Assembly (NCBI GenBank): GCA_951406725.2
Contig: OX597814.1
Coordinates: 35,464,001-35,528,000 of the forward strand
Source: Octopus vulgaris
Taxonomy: Eukaryota
DNA: 64,000 nt
Direction of reading: 5' to 3'
Positions within the stretch are counted from its first letter, which is position 1. Each line of letters opens with the position of its first letter. The notes beneath the pieces are model-generated. The model worked only from the letters and a program-made list of their open reading frames with translations. It did not search any database and was not told the origin of the DNA. Shown in pieces: positions 38,450 through 52,394 of the stretch. Made by a program: the position numbers and the translations under genes.

Positions 38450-39075
38450 TATAAAAGCTGGGTATATGAGGCATCAGATTTAGCATATTCTGGTATGGTC
38501 ATGTAATGTGTAAGAATTAAGACAGTCGTATCAAGAGATGCTGAACTCTAATTGTAGAGGGAACATGTGCAAGGGGCAAACCCAGAAAATGTGGGATAAA
38601 GTGGTGAGAAAGGATCTACAAATTTTGGGACTCACAGAGGAGATAAAAGAGGACCAAGACTCTTGGGAGTTTGCTGTGGTTGAAAAGACACATTAAGCTA
38701 AGTAATAGGATGGTTGTCCTTGCATACAGGCTTGTCCCCTGCATCATTCTCCAGTCGAGCATTTCTAACCTTGCAGGCTCATAGGTGCTTGTGCTATGTA
38801 AAGAGAATCCTTACCAGTGCCATGTAAATGCATTTATGCTGGTGCTGCGTAAAAGGATCCAGTACACTCTGTAAAGCGGTTGGTGCTAGGAAGGATATTC
38901 AGCTATAGAAATCATGCTAAAACAGACATGGAGCCTGGCTGGGCAGGCACTGAGCCATAGAAACCATATCAAAGCAGACACAGAATCTGGGTAGATCTTC
39001 AGTTGGACAGCTCCTATCAAACTGTCCAACCTATGCCAACATAAAAAATGGATTTTAAATGATGATGAAAATGAT
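38450..39075 (+). mobile_element. RTE 3' end, old subfamily
   Basis: WYGHVM, VEGTCARGKPRK and VVRKDL remnants, then the 3' UTR and gatgatga tail. Confidence 0.7.
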
Positions 39076-39108
39076 AATATATATATATATACACACATAT
39101 ATATATAC

Positions 39109-39196
<88 letters not shown>

Positions 39197-39232
39197 TATA
39201 TATATATACACATATATACATGTATGTATGAA

Positions 39233-39355
39233 TAAGGCAGCAAGCTGGCAGAATCATAGGCATTTAGGGCAAAATGCTTAGAGCCATTTCATCAGCCATT
39301 ATTTTGTGAGTCAAAATTCTGCTGAGGTCAACTTTATCTTTCCTCCTTTTGGTGT
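39233..39355 (+). mobile_element. SINE family D, degraded 5' part
   Basis: aaggcagcaagctggcagaatcataggca...aattctgctgaggtcaactttatctttcctcc. Confidence 0.6.
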
Positions 39356-39656
39356 TTCGTTTTTGTCTCTCATCTGTCCACTAATAGTCTCGTCTTGAGT
39401 TACATTTATTCATTTTCATATGTCTACTTCTGTATTGTTTGTTTATCCATTTATTGTCTGTCGTTTCATGTTCTGTTATGTTTCAATCCCATTTCCTGGT
39501 AGCTTTTGCTGGTCGCTAACAGAAGGGAAACAATATTATCATTAAAGGTGCAAGATTGCATTTGACCCTCTTGCTGCTAACTGATGAGGAGTTGGGGACC
39601 TTCAGTGTCTGTTTTCCTTTTGTCTGTGCATTTACTATATGTTTTTCATATATATA

Positions 39657-39970
39657 TGGAGGTGCACTGGCCCAGTGGTTAGAGCAGCAGACCCGCAGTC
39701 ATAATATCGTGGTTTTGATTTCCAGACCGGGCATTGTGCTTATTAAGCGAAAACACCTAAAGGTCCATGAGGCTCTGGCAGGGGATGGTGGCGATCCCTG
39801 CTGTACTCTTTTGCCACAACTTTCTCTCACTCTTTCTTCTGTTGGCCTGCTCACTTAGCCAGCAGGGTGGCATCCACCACTGTGATCACTGTGTCCGACC
39901 AGGTTATCAGATGTTGCTACACATCGCTGGTCACAATGTGCTTCACATTGTTTTAGCCTTCAAATGATAC
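39657..39970 (+). mobile_element. SINE family C (tail type 2, tail inverted)
   Basis: Head ggaggtgcactggcccagtggttag and central domain as at 3029. The last 95 bp or so are inverted relative to the 48100 copy. Confidence 0.75.
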
Positions 39971-40054
39971 ATATATATATAGTTTTCTTTAAGTTTGTTT
40001 ACAGGAAACGTTGGCTATGACCTAATGATATCAATTTGCAATAGTAGTTTTTCA

Positions 40055-40445
40055 GGGTTCTACTGAGTTGTGCCGTTATAATGTAGGATACATATGGTGA
40101 TAATAATAATAATCCATGAATGGAATTCACAAATATTTTAATGCATCACTGTGCATGTTTCCACAAGTTATGTGTTTCTTATAGCCATAGTCTGTAGTCC
40201 TGCAATGATTACAGTACAATCTGTAATATCCATGGACATCAGGTGGATCTTACTCCATGGATATTACGGATTGTACTGTAATTGTCTCAGGAATATGGAC
40301 TATGATCATAAGAAACATATAGCTTGTAGAAACATGTGTAGTGATGCATCAGAATATTTATAAATTCCATCCATGGATTATTATTATTATTATTATTATG
40401 GCTATCTGTGTATAATAGGCTTCAAGTACAATGCAGTGGAACTAT
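40055..40445. repeat. Long imperfect palindrome (fold-back/MITE)
   Basis: attacagtacaatctgtaatatccatgga-(about 17 nt)-tccatggatattacggattgtactgtaat. The arms extend to the (AAT)n/(ATT)n tracts and beyond. Confidence 0.85.
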
Positions 40446-41221
40446 ATCTAAAACCATGAGGGGTTGAAACTGAATTTCTTATTACACTGCCTTTCTTGTG
40501 CCTATACATGTGTGTGTGTGATTGCATGTCTGATTATGTGTGTGTTTGTGTGTGTGTGTGTGTATTTACTAGATTATTTCCATTTGAATTTTGTCTTCTT
40601 TTCATGTTATTTTACTTTCAGTACAAGTGTGAAATTGGTTATTTAGGCACATTTTACTAATTTCGTTAATTGTCTTTTACATACTAATTTGTTTTAGGTT
40701 TGTTAAGAATAGGTTGATGGAAAGTAACATTCACATTTATAAACATAGAAGAAACATATCTTTGCACAACTCTGATTCAACTTGGCATGTTATCATTTCT
40801 AAAAATGAGGCAGAACAATCAAAATTTATAAAATTTAAATATACTTCTAATTTAATTAAAAATCAACAATTCAAACAGCCAAATGTCTGTGTAAGAATTT
40901 GAGCAACATTTATTTGTATAACAAAATTAGTCCATTAGCAGGAAGTAGTTTTTGGTGTGATGTATAGAATAAGATTCAGAGCAAAGTGTGGGTGAGATAA
41001 TAATTTGTTTGGACTGCATTCCAATTTTTTGTTTGTAATCCAAGAAAGGCTACCCATGAATAGTACTTTTGTATGTGAGATTCTTTGAGATGCGATACTA
41101 AAAACCAACAGTTAAGATAGGCCTATTTGAGCTTAATAATGTCAATATTTAAAGTTAAGTAAGACAGTGATCTGGCAAAACCATTAACATGTGGGGTAAA
41201 ATGTTTAGTGCATTTTGTCCA

Positions 41222-41551
41222 TACTTTTTACTCTCTTTTTACTCTTTAACTTGTTTCAGTCAATTGACTGTGGCCATGCTGGAGCACCGCCTTTAGTCGA
41301 GCAAATTGACCCCAGGACTTATTCTTTGTAAGCCTAGTACTTATTCTATCGGTCTCTTTTGCCGAACCACTGATTTACGGGGACGTAAACACACCAACAT
41401 CAGTTGTCAAGCAATGTTGGGGGACTAACAGAGACACACATACACACACACACACACACACAAATATACATATATATGCATATATACGACGGGCTTCTTT
41501 TAGTTTCCGTCTACCAAATCCACTCACAAGGCTTTGGTCGGCCCCAAGCTA
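41222..41551 (-). mobile_element. SINE family A lacking its head
   Basis: Similarity stops abruptly after ggccccaagctat at about 41552. Confidence 0.85.
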
Positions 41552-44537
41552 TTTCCCCTCCGGAAAATAAAAATAAGAAATAAGTGGAAATTTTACCGGT
41601 GAGTGTGTTGCATTATAAGGCACAAAAAGAAAATGACTCTCCCCAGACACAACAGGATATGCTTCAACACACGAACTCATATAAAGTTTTTATCAATAGC
41701 TGGGATGCATAGCAAAACACTCTAAACCCAGCAGATGCCTAACTCGTTAGAATCCCAGTTGTCATAAAAAACATATTGGAAAGTCATAAACAATTTTGTC
41801 TTTCATGCCTTTTCTCTGATAGACCATTAATTATATTTAGGTTGTTTGTCTGGTAACTGACCAGTGGCTGTAACAGCCAAAGTTAGCTTGCTACAGGAAC
41901 CTATGCCATTCAATTTGCCTATGAAATTCTATATCAACAATCTACTATCCTTGCTGACATGCACATCTCTCATGGATACACACAAACTGATTCATTTGGT
42001 AAATATATCTCTTTCCTGTCGTTGCAACAACATTTTTTTTGTTAACAATAAATAAATATTTTTGTATTTGGACTTCACATAAGTTTGTGTTCTGTCAACC
42101 AACTAAATATTTTGTCATTACACTCATATTACCTTAATGTATTTAATTACTAATCAAAACAGTGTAATAAACATTGTACTGTGAAGCATTTCACTTTGAT
42201 ATTTCATTTCGTGGTGTCATGTGTTAGAGCAGAGTGCAGTGAGATAGGGAAGAATAACAATGGTTATTCAGTCAAAATGTTAATATATCTTTAAACAGCC
42301 ATCTGAATACTTCCTAACCCAAAACAGAAGCATATTATTTGTTTGATTCTAATATATGCAGCTTGAAATTTCATTTAAAAGAGTTTTCTCGTGAAATATT
42401 CAGATGTAAATTGTTGTTTTGACTATTTCATGATAAAACTGAAAATGTAGAAAGTTTTATGTCTTTCATAGCACATTTGGTGAAAGGGTTACTAAGTATT
42501 TTAGACAAGCAATTTTGCCTTGAGTTGTTTTTTTTTTAAAATCAAGTATCTGTCAGTTTTCATTGTCTTAACTGCATTGCTAAATCTTGGTAATAGTTTC
42601 ATTTAAATTGTGGTCTTCAGAAGGCTATAAAAAAAGATTTCAATGATAGAACTATTTCAAAACCTTCAATTGTCAAATAAATAATTTAACCAGTAAAAAA
42701 AATATGAAATAAAATGTAATTTAAGAATAATATAGAATGTAAACATTGAATTATTCATCACTTCATAAAAAGAAGAAGAAAAAAAATGGGGAAACAGGTA
42801 AAAGAGAAAATGAAAGGGGAAAAATATTACAAAGAGAAGCCACATTAACAAAATAGCTGCTGAAAGAATTTCAATGAAGATTAGTTTGACGAAAAATTGG
42901 ATAACTTTAAATTCATAAACAACCTGATACTAAATATTGATTGTGAGATATAGAAAAAAAAATATTGTTGTTGTGATAAAGAAAATAGCAATTGTAGTCA
43001 ATTTATTGAAGACAATTTAGGAACCCAATTTAAGTACAGATCTGCTGTTGTGTTTAATAATATGTAATTTATCAAATTGAAGTGCTTTAAATATTATAAT
43101 ATTAAGAGATAAGAAAATAACTTTTTGAAGTTACAGGAAATTTTTAAAGTTTATTTTTAAAGATTAGATCTTTCTATAGAATACACTAAGAATATATTGT
43201 TGTCTGCAAGTTGGAGAAAGAGTATGGGAGGTATATCGGGTTTGTTATTCAAGCAAATTCACTTATCAGAATGTTATTTGTTCCTGAATAATCTGGGTTT
43301 TTTATTCAGTCAGATATTTTAAATTAGTACAAGTATTTCTCTAGGCATTTACAACTTGTCTGCAAGCATTTAGAAGATCAGACTTCTCACTGAGAGATTT
43401 TAGGATCTCGTGAGTTGGTGATTCCAACTTCACTTGCCTAATGCATTATTCCTGCCATTTGTTAGCATGTATAGGTAAAAATCAAATATTGCCCAGTAAA
43501 TACTAGAAGGCAGAACAAATGACCCAAATGTACTAGCTTAGTAAGCTTTCCTATCATCTGGTGTATAAACTTTTATCTCCTTTTAGACTTCCACAGATAT
43601 TGGTATCTTGGAAGAATACATACAAGAATCAAAGTATTGGTTAACAATAACTCTTGAGCTATTGTCTTTTCTTCTTATAGCCAAACTAAACAAAGCTAAA
43701 ACTAAATACTCTGAAATGCCTATCACATAGAATAACAATAAATCTGATTGATAATATTCCCTCCTGTTTGCAAGCATTCATGAATTTTAGTTGAACATGG
43801 GTCCTACCTATTACCTCCTATAACCTCCCAAAACATACATCTTGTTGTCTGGAGTACAAACCTCTCATTCCATGTCTAGAGTTCATCTTTGCTGTTAAGG
43901 CAACATCTTGCATTCAATCTTCACTCCAAGAAGTGGTGCCTGGCTATATGGTAGAATATAATGTAAGGGAGATTTGCAATTATTTCTAGCAGTGAATGTC
44001 CATATAGAAACTCAAGTCATAATACTCATTTACATTAACATTAACGTAACTCCTTTTGGCTCTGTACTCTTTTCACACAGAGATTACTGGTGCAGCAGAA
44101 TCTTTTATCATCCTGAACTTCCTACAACATTTACACCATCCTTACACCTATTTTGAGCAGCACAAACTCACAAAATACCTGCTTTCTTTTTCACTTTCAC
44201 TGTATGTATGTCATTATTCAGTTTATTTCAAGATCTCTTGCCAAAATAGAAAGAACCAGTTTCTAACCTAGGTTCATTCACTGGAATTTCAACATCAATA
44301 GCAGGGTATTTTTGTTTGTATGTATTTATGTTTGTTTGTTTGTATGTATGTATGTATGTATGGATGGATGAATGGATGGATGCATGCATGTTTGTATGTA
44401 ATGCAATGTATGTATATATGTACGCATGCATGTTTGTATGTATATAATGTATATATTTATGTTATGTATGTATGAATGTATGTATGTATACATGCATGTA
44501 ATGTATGTATATATGCATGCATGTTTGTACACACATG

Positions 44538-44602
<65 letters not shown>

Positions 44603-46829
44603 TGTATGCATATATGCATGCATGTATGCACATGCTTTGTAATTTCATCTGGGTAATGAAAACTATGAACACTTTAAACAACTTCAATAGTTTATTCATT
44701 ATGCCACAGATCTGTAAGGAAAGCACTTGAGAAACACAGCTACTAGTACTCAACTTTATATTGTTTGCTCTACACCATGTAGAAGGCTATCATGACGTGC
44801 ATATTGATATAGTTCTCATTTGGTGTTTTATATACTACCTGTTGCTATTGTTAGGCACAAGGCAGCAAACCTATTCGAATTTATGATCAAATGGTTTTAA
44901 GCCATCACAATACCATCATACTTATTTTAACAAGCATAACTTATCTAGGATTACATAATATAAACTTCTTTCTTTAATAAGAAGCATGTAAGGAGAATTG
45001 CCTACTATTTCCAAAGGTTCCTCATTAGATCATATACTGCCAATTTATGCTGATTGGTGCAAATGATAAAAAAGAGTTTATTAATTTTTATCTATGTATT
45101 TCAACATTTAAACACATTATTTTTAATGCTTAAGCTTTTATATCAAATCACATTGAAGTTGGGTGCCAGTAAGACTGAAGTCTTAAAACGAAATTAATAT
45201 ATATTTTTGAAAGAGAAATAATATAAAAATATATTAAAGCATCTATTATACAATTAGTTTTAAATAAATTGACTTGATCTATATAAAATTATTTGTTTTA
45301 AAAAGAAATGTACTCCATATTGTCTGTTATTTTTTTTGTTGTGTTTTATTTGAAAGTGTAGCAATATTTTAGCTTTATTATTATTATTTTTATTTTTATG
45401 TCTCAACAGTCTGAGATGAAGTATTTCTCTTATGCTTCTTGATCTTTCATCTATTGAGTCAGGGTTGATTTATTTCCATTATTTCTTCTTTCCCAGTAAA
45501 TCAATATTTAGTGTTAAATATTCTCTTTATTTAAATTTGTGTAACACACACACACGTGTATGTATTATGTATGTATGAATGAATATATGGGAATATATAT
45601 ATATATATGTTCATACATTCATACATACTTGTGTACACACTCTTGCATACACACACACATGTATGCATGTATATATAGATGCATATATATATATATATAT
45701 AGATGCATATATATATATATATGTATGTATATATATATATAGATGCATATATATATAGATGCATATACATATATATTTGCATATATGCATGCATGTATGC
45801 ATGTATATATATATGTGTGTGTATTCATATTTATTTATTTATTTATTTATTTACTAAAACACCTTCAATGAAAATTCTTTGAGCAAATAAGCAAATATGT
45901 TTTTAATATCTTCATGGCTATGGTTTTTTCCTTTTACCATTTTCTGGTTCTTTTACTTGGCTCATAAGGAATATAAAAAAAGAATTTAATAAAATAAGGA
46001 AAAAAAAAAGAAGAAAAAAATCATTTATTCTATATAACCTACTGGCTCAAGTTATAAAAATTGTTTATACATTCTTTACTAGATCTGTGACTGCTGATAT
46101 CTTCTGCCCTAATATTCTGCTAAGTCAGTTAGAAAAAAAATATACTATGATGAAAGAAAAGAAGGAAAGAGAGAAAATCTATTCTTTCTGCATCACATCT
46201 TTTCCAGTTTGGTGATCTTATCTGATTGTTGAGGAAGAGATATTTATTTATCGATTAGGATGCTATTTGAAATCATCAAGATTATATCGTAAAAAGTTGA
46301 GATACTCTGACCAACACTGAAATAGTTTCTTACCATTCAAACAAGAATCTCTTTTCTTCTTTTCTGTCCTCTCCGCCACTTTCTGAAGTAAATATTTCCC
46401 TGATAAAAAACTAAGATATGCTTTGAAACTGTACTTTTATCACAACTGTCTTCTATTGCTGTTTAACTACGCATGAAACCGTGCGCCCGTGTGTTTGTGT
46501 ATGTATGTGTTCATGAGGGTATGTGAGGGTATGTATGGTATGTGTGTGTGGGTGTGTGTGTATGTGCATGTATGTTTGTGAGTGTGTGTGTGTGTTGCTG
46601 ATTTTTCAATGAAATATAGCTTTTGCGACTTAACGGAAAAAAGATAGCAGGTGATGTTTGGCTCCGAGAAATGCATTATCACTTTGTCGTGTTATCAGTT
46701 TCTTCAGATGCTTGCATTGCATCAAGAGCTAGTGAAAGGTATTATTTACGTCTTGTCGAAGAGGAAGGAAACAAAATGAAAATACTAATAAAAATAATTA
46801 AAAAAAACAACAACATGAAAACAAGATTA

Positions 46830-46902
46830 AAAATAACAACAGTAGCAACAACAGCAACAACAATAGTAATGATGTTGATGATGATAACAACAACAACAAA
46901 AC

Positions 46903-46949
<47 letters not shown>

Positions 46950-47055
46950 TAGTGGTAACAACAACAACAATAACAAAAACAATAACAGCAACAACAACAG
47001 CAACAATAATAATAACAATAATAACAATAATAATAATAATAATAATAATAATAAA
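46830..47055. repeat. (AAT)n/(AAC)n trinucleotide tract
   Basis: Directly visible. Confidence 0.95.
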
Positions 47056-48099
47056 GAATCAAATGAATTTGAGTTAATAACATGCATTATATGGAAATGT
47101 AAACTGATAAAGAAATAGAAAACTAGACACATATAAATAAATGCTAAATGTGTGAGTGGCAGAGAGAATAAAATGTATTTTCGCTTTCTTTTACATAACA
47201 TTTATCAGAAAAAAAGAACAATTTTCCATAAATATTATTTAATGGCTGGCAAAGAAAAAAAAAATGTCAGAAGATATCAACTTGTAAGTATACTGAAGAA
47301 ATCTTATACAATATCAGATTTCTCATCACTTCCTTCCTCTCTTTATTTCTATTTCTCACTCCCCTTCTCAATCTGAACCTCGTTTTCTTCTATCCTACTC
47401 TTATTCTTCTCTTCATCATGCCCACCACCTCTTTTTTTTCCATTGGTTTTCATTTTCTGTCTCATCATTCTTTATGTTTATTTCTCTCTGTGTGATAAAA
47501 AAATCATTTCTTCTTTCACAGTTTCCCCCCTTTCATATATAATCCTAAACAAAATGCAAAAAAAAATTTAAATTTACATTGCATTTAAAATTTTAAATTA
47601 GTTTCTGGATCATAAAAATTTGATTTACTTTACTTGAAATTCTTATTGGTAATTTTGTGCTGTACATGAAGCTAAATTTCATAATATATCAAGAAAGCAA
47701 TTTGTTTCATCTTTTGCATTCCAAACTCAACTACATCCCCATGTCAGAAAACAATATAAAAGCCAAAACAACTATACATAAATACAGAAATAAAGAAAAT
47801 AAAAGAAATTAGTTTAGCATTAATTGAAGTTGGTCCTAGCATCAACATCACAGCATTTCATGAAACAAAACAACTGAATGTAACTGTCACAGAAATGCAG
47901 AAAACTCCGTATGAAGTTTAAACCATGTGGTTAAAATGTTTGCTGTGCAATCATATGATTCTAGCTTTGATCTCACTGTGTGGTGCCTTAGGCAAGAGTC
48001 TTCTACTATGGCCTCAAGATGACTCAGTAGTGGGGTAAAATTTGGGAGACAGAAACTACATGATTGCCTGTTGTAATTACTTGGATATATATATATAAC

Positions 48100-48399
48100 A
48101 CGTGATCAACCAGGCTATCAGATGTGGCTACACATCGCTGGTCACAATGTGCTTTGCATTGTTTTAGCCTTCAAATGACGCCACCCCACTGGCTAAATGA
48201 GCAGGCCAACAGAAGAAAGAGTGAGAGAAAGTTGTGGTGAAAGAGTACAGCAGGGATCACCACCAGCCCCTGTCAGGGCCTCATGAAGGCTTAGGTGTTT
48301 TTGCTCAATTAACACTCACAACGCCCGGTCTGGGAATCAAAACTGTGATCCTACGACTGCGAGTCCGCTGCCCTAACCACTGGGCCATTGCACCTCCAT
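48100..48399 (-). mobile_element. SINE family C (tail type 2)
   Basis: The minus strand starts tggaggtgcaatggcccagtggttagggcagcggactcgcagtcgtagg and carries the shared central domain. Confidence 0.8.
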
Positions 48400-48534
48400 A
48401 TATACACACACACATATATCAGGTCATCCCAAATGTTCTGTCCGATTTTACCTTTTTCAAAATTGAATGAAATTTAATAGTGTTTTAGAATATCTAATGG
48501 AATTAAAAATTATTTTTATGCATTTGTGTACATT

Positions 48535-50122
48535 TCATCATCATCATCATCATCATCGTTTAACGTCCGTTCTCCATGCTAGCATGGGTTGGACGGTTCG
48601 ACCGGGGATCTGGGAAGCCAGAAGGCTGCACCAGGCTCCGGTCTTCTCTGGCAATGTTTCTACTGCTGGATGCCCTTCCTAATGCCAACCACTCCGTGAG
48701 TGTAGTGGGTGCTTTTTACATGCCACCTGCACTGGAGCCAGGCGAGGCTGGCATCGGCCATGGTCGGATTGGTGCATTTTACATGCCACCTGCACGGAAG
48801 CCAGTCGAGGCGGCACTGGCTTCGGCCACGGTTCGGATAGTGCTTTTTACGTATCTCCAGTCCAGGGGTCCTGGCATCTGCCAGGTGCCAGTCATAGGAT
48901 TGGTTCAATTTCGATTTCGATTTCACTTGCCCCAACAGGTCTTCGCAAGCAAAGGGGCGTAGGCATAGGTGCCTGTCGTCGGATGAGGTTCGATATCGAC
49001 TTCGCTTGCCTCAACAGGTCTTTGTGTGTCCAAGGGAGGAAAGGCATGCATAAGTGGGCTGGACTCACTTGTCCTGCATGGTCTTTTCACGCACAGCATA
49101 TTTCCAAAGGTCTTGGTCGCAGGTCATTTCCTCAGTGAGACCTAAAGTTCGAAGGTCGTGCTTCACCACCTCAGCCCAAGTTTTCCTGGGTCTACCTCTT
49201 CCACGGGTTCCCTCCACTGCTAGGGATTGGCACTTTTTCACACACCTATCTTCATCCATTCTCGCCACATGACCATACTAGCGCAATCGTCTCTCTTGCA
49301 CACAACATCTGATGCTCCTTAAGTCCAACATTTCTCTCAGGGTACTAACGCTCTGTCGAGCATGCACACTGACATTACACATCCATCGGAGCATACTGGC
49401 TTCATTTCTCGCGAGCTTACACATGTCCTCAGCAGTCACGGCCCATGTATCACTGGCATGTAGCATGGCTGTTCGTACACATGCATCATACAGTCTGCCT
49501 TTTACTCTGAGCGAGAGGCCTTTAGTCACCAGCAGAAGTAAGAGCTCCCTAAACTTTGCCCAGGCTATTCTTACTCTAGCCGTTACACTTTCACCACACC
49601 CACCCCCACTACTGACTTGGTCACCAAGATAACGGAAGCTATCAACTACTTCTAGTTTTTTCCCCCTGGAAAGTGACAGAAGTTGTTTTCTGCAGATTTT
49701 CAAAGGTTAATGCTCCCGAGCATCTGCCACATACAAAAACTATCTTCCCAGTTAGCCTTCCTTTGACATTGCTGCACCTCTTATGTGTCCATAGCTTACA
49801 CTGGGTACATCTTATAGAGTTTCTACCTACACCTTTTCTACAGATCGAGCAGGGCCATCTTCCTGAAGACATTTGTGGATTTTCTACCTTCCTACTTATT
49901 AGTACTTTGGTTTTAGCTAGGTTGACTCTAAGGCCCTTCGATTCTAGACCCTCCTTCCACACCTGGAACTTCTCCTCCAGGTTTGATAGTGACTCAGCAA
50001 TTATAGCAAGGTCGTCAGCATATAGGAGCTTGAATTCCTCCGTAATTGCCTGAAGGACTATGATAAATAGGAGGGGGCTGAGTACTGAACCCTGGTGGAC
50101 CCCAACCTCTACTTTGAATTCT
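48535..50122 (-). mobile_element. RTE-clade LINE, relatively intact 5'-truncated copy
   Basis: GVHQGSVLSPLLF, LLYADDL, PHD-like finger, VDSFRYLG, AWAKFREL, RGRGRPRKTW, 3' UTR and (GAT)n. Confidence 0.92.
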
Positions 50123-50240
50123 AAACTAATTAAACTAATTAAACTAATTAAATATTAGTTTTAATATTTAATTAAACTAATTAAATATTATTTTACAGAA
50201 TAATAGAATTAAAATTTCTTTGAGTAAAACCCTTTCTAAC

Positions 50241-51264
50241 ATGGAAATATCCAAAGAACATTTGAGGTACATAATGCTTTATGAGTAAAAATAAAGAAAC
50301 TCTGCAGCTAAAGCGACTCGAAACATACACTCAGTTTATGTGAAAGAATACTTGAATGAAAGAACTGCCAGAAGATGGTTTGCAAAATTCAGAAGTGGAC
50401 ATTTCAGCCTTGAAGATGAAGATCGAACAGGATGTCCAGTTGAGTTTTATAACACTCTTTGAGGCAATACTTGGAGAAAACCCTGCATTATCAATTGAAG
50501 AATTAGCAATAAAGTTTAGTTCAAACCATACAACAGTTCATCCTCATCTTCAACAACTTGGAAAGATTCCTAAACTTGGAAAATGGGTGCCTCATGAATT
50601 GTCTGAAAGCAACTGCAAATCCCGAGTTGACATCTGCTCTTCTCCCCATTCTTTTAAACTCATTTCACCCTTTTTGGATAAACTTGTGACTAGTAATGAA
50701 AAATGGATCTTCTATCGAAATGTTAAATGCCATAAACAGTGGCTTGGTAAAAGGGAAAAAACTTAACCACGACCAAGAAGGGAACTTCATGGGAAAAAGG
50801 TTCTCTCTGTCTGGTGGGATTGCAAAGGAATAATTCATTTTGAATTGTTACCACCTTAAGCAACAATCAATGCTCAAATCTACTGTCAGCAATTAGAGTG
50901 TTTGAACCAAGCTTTGAAGAAAAAATGACCCACTTTAGTGAATCAAAAAGGAGTGATCTTTCATCAGGACAATGTGCAAACCCACACTGCAAAGATCACA
51001 TCACAGAAGATCAAAAAGCTTGGCTGGGTAAAAATTCCTCATCCACCTTATTCTCCTGACCTTGCTACTTCAGACTACCTTTTGTTTCGTAGTTTACAGA
51101 ATCATTTGGGGGACATAACTTTCGCAAGCCAGGAGGAGGTTGAAACTGACATTTCAGAGTTCTTCGCTTTGAAACCAAAAGAGTTTTACATTGATGGGAT
51201 TAAAAAGCTTGTAAATAGGTGGAAGGTTGTCATGGATGATCAAGAAAAGTACATTGATAATTAA
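50241..51264 (+). pseudogene. Mariner DD34D transposase pseudogene
   Basis: MEISKEHLRYIMLYE*, WFAKFRSG, WVPHEL, FHQDN, HPPYSPDLATSDY. There are 34 residues between the 2nd and 3rd Asp, with stops and frameshifts. Confidence 0.92.
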
Positions 51265-51479
51265 ATTTCAATTAAATATAACATTTAATCACTTGTTTTC
51301 TTTGTTCAGAATTCGGAGAGAACTTATGAGATGACCTGATATATTGAAAATGGGGAAGGCTGGTTTATGGGCTTACCTTAGGTTTCCCATCCATAAAGGG
51401 TTTAGGTTTATGGTGTATTGTCAGTATCTCAAAAACTTATTGGCCCATGACCTCTCAAAAACGATATATATATATATTT

Positions 51480-51850
51480 ATCATGGCTTGCTTCCCAACC
51501 AAATGGTTCCACTGTGTGGCATCTTGAGCTAATGTCTTCTATAGCCCTGGACCAACCAATGTCTTGTGAGGGGTTTTGGTAGAAGGAAACTGAAAGAAAC
51601 CCATCATATATATATATGCATGTATGTATATATTTGCGTGTTTGTGTCTGTCTGACCTCCATCATCGATTGACATCTGATGTTGGTGTGTTACAACCCTG
51701 TAACTTAGTGTTTTAGCAAAGACACTGATAAAATAAGTACAAGGTTTACAAAGATTACCTCCTGGGGGTCAATTTATTTGACTAAAGCCCCTTAAGGTGG
51801 TGTTCAGGAGTGGCTGCAGTCAAATGACTGAAACAAATAAAATAATGAAA

Positions 51851-51853
<3 letters not shown>
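51480..51853 (+). mobile_element. SINE family A, degraded
   Basis: gaaactgaaagaaacccatc...gtcaaatgactgaaacaaataa. Confidence 0.7.
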
Positions 51854-51893
<40 letters not shown>

Positions 51894-52232
51894 AGGGATG
51901 GCCTGTATGTTCAATCTCATGCAGACATTCCGTGTATAGTTCTGCAAATTATATTTACAAAGACGATGCCAAAACAGACGACAGAGCTACATACAGTCTT
52001 CTGACATGCCTGTTCCTGTCAAGCAATCCAACCCATGCCAGCAGGGGAAATGGACATTAAATGCTGCTGATGATGATGGTGATGATGATTGTCCTCATGG
52101 CAAGAAATATATTTAGCCAAATAATCAGTTCAGTCATTGCAGTAAGGGCTGGCTTTTGTACCACTTGAAGTGCTATCACCATAAAAAAGTTATCTTCACC
52201 CCACACACAGCACTTACATATATGTGAGTGTA

Positions 52233-52265
<33 letters not shown>

Positions 52266-52328
52266 GCATGTATATGTGTGTGTTTGTGTATGTCTATGTA
52301 CATTTGTATATATATATATGTGTGTGTG

Positions 52329-52359
<31 letters not shown>

Positions 52360-52394
52360 GTGTGTGTGTGTTTGTGTTTCTTTAAAGACACAAC

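Larger units (their letters stand above)
48419..51339 (+). mobile_element. Complete mariner element with TIRs and TA TSD, interrupted by an RTE LINE
   Basis: Left TA|tcaggtcatcccaaatgttctgtccg and right cggagagaacttatgagatgacctga|TA. Confidence 0.9.

Noticed and set aside
39575-39610. CTGATGAG suggesting another hammerhead
   Set aside because: No stem II followed by GAAA and no stem I partner.
46742-47201. Poly-Leu and poly-Tyr/Cys ORFs
   Set aside because: Read-through of (AAT)n/(AAC)n tracts.
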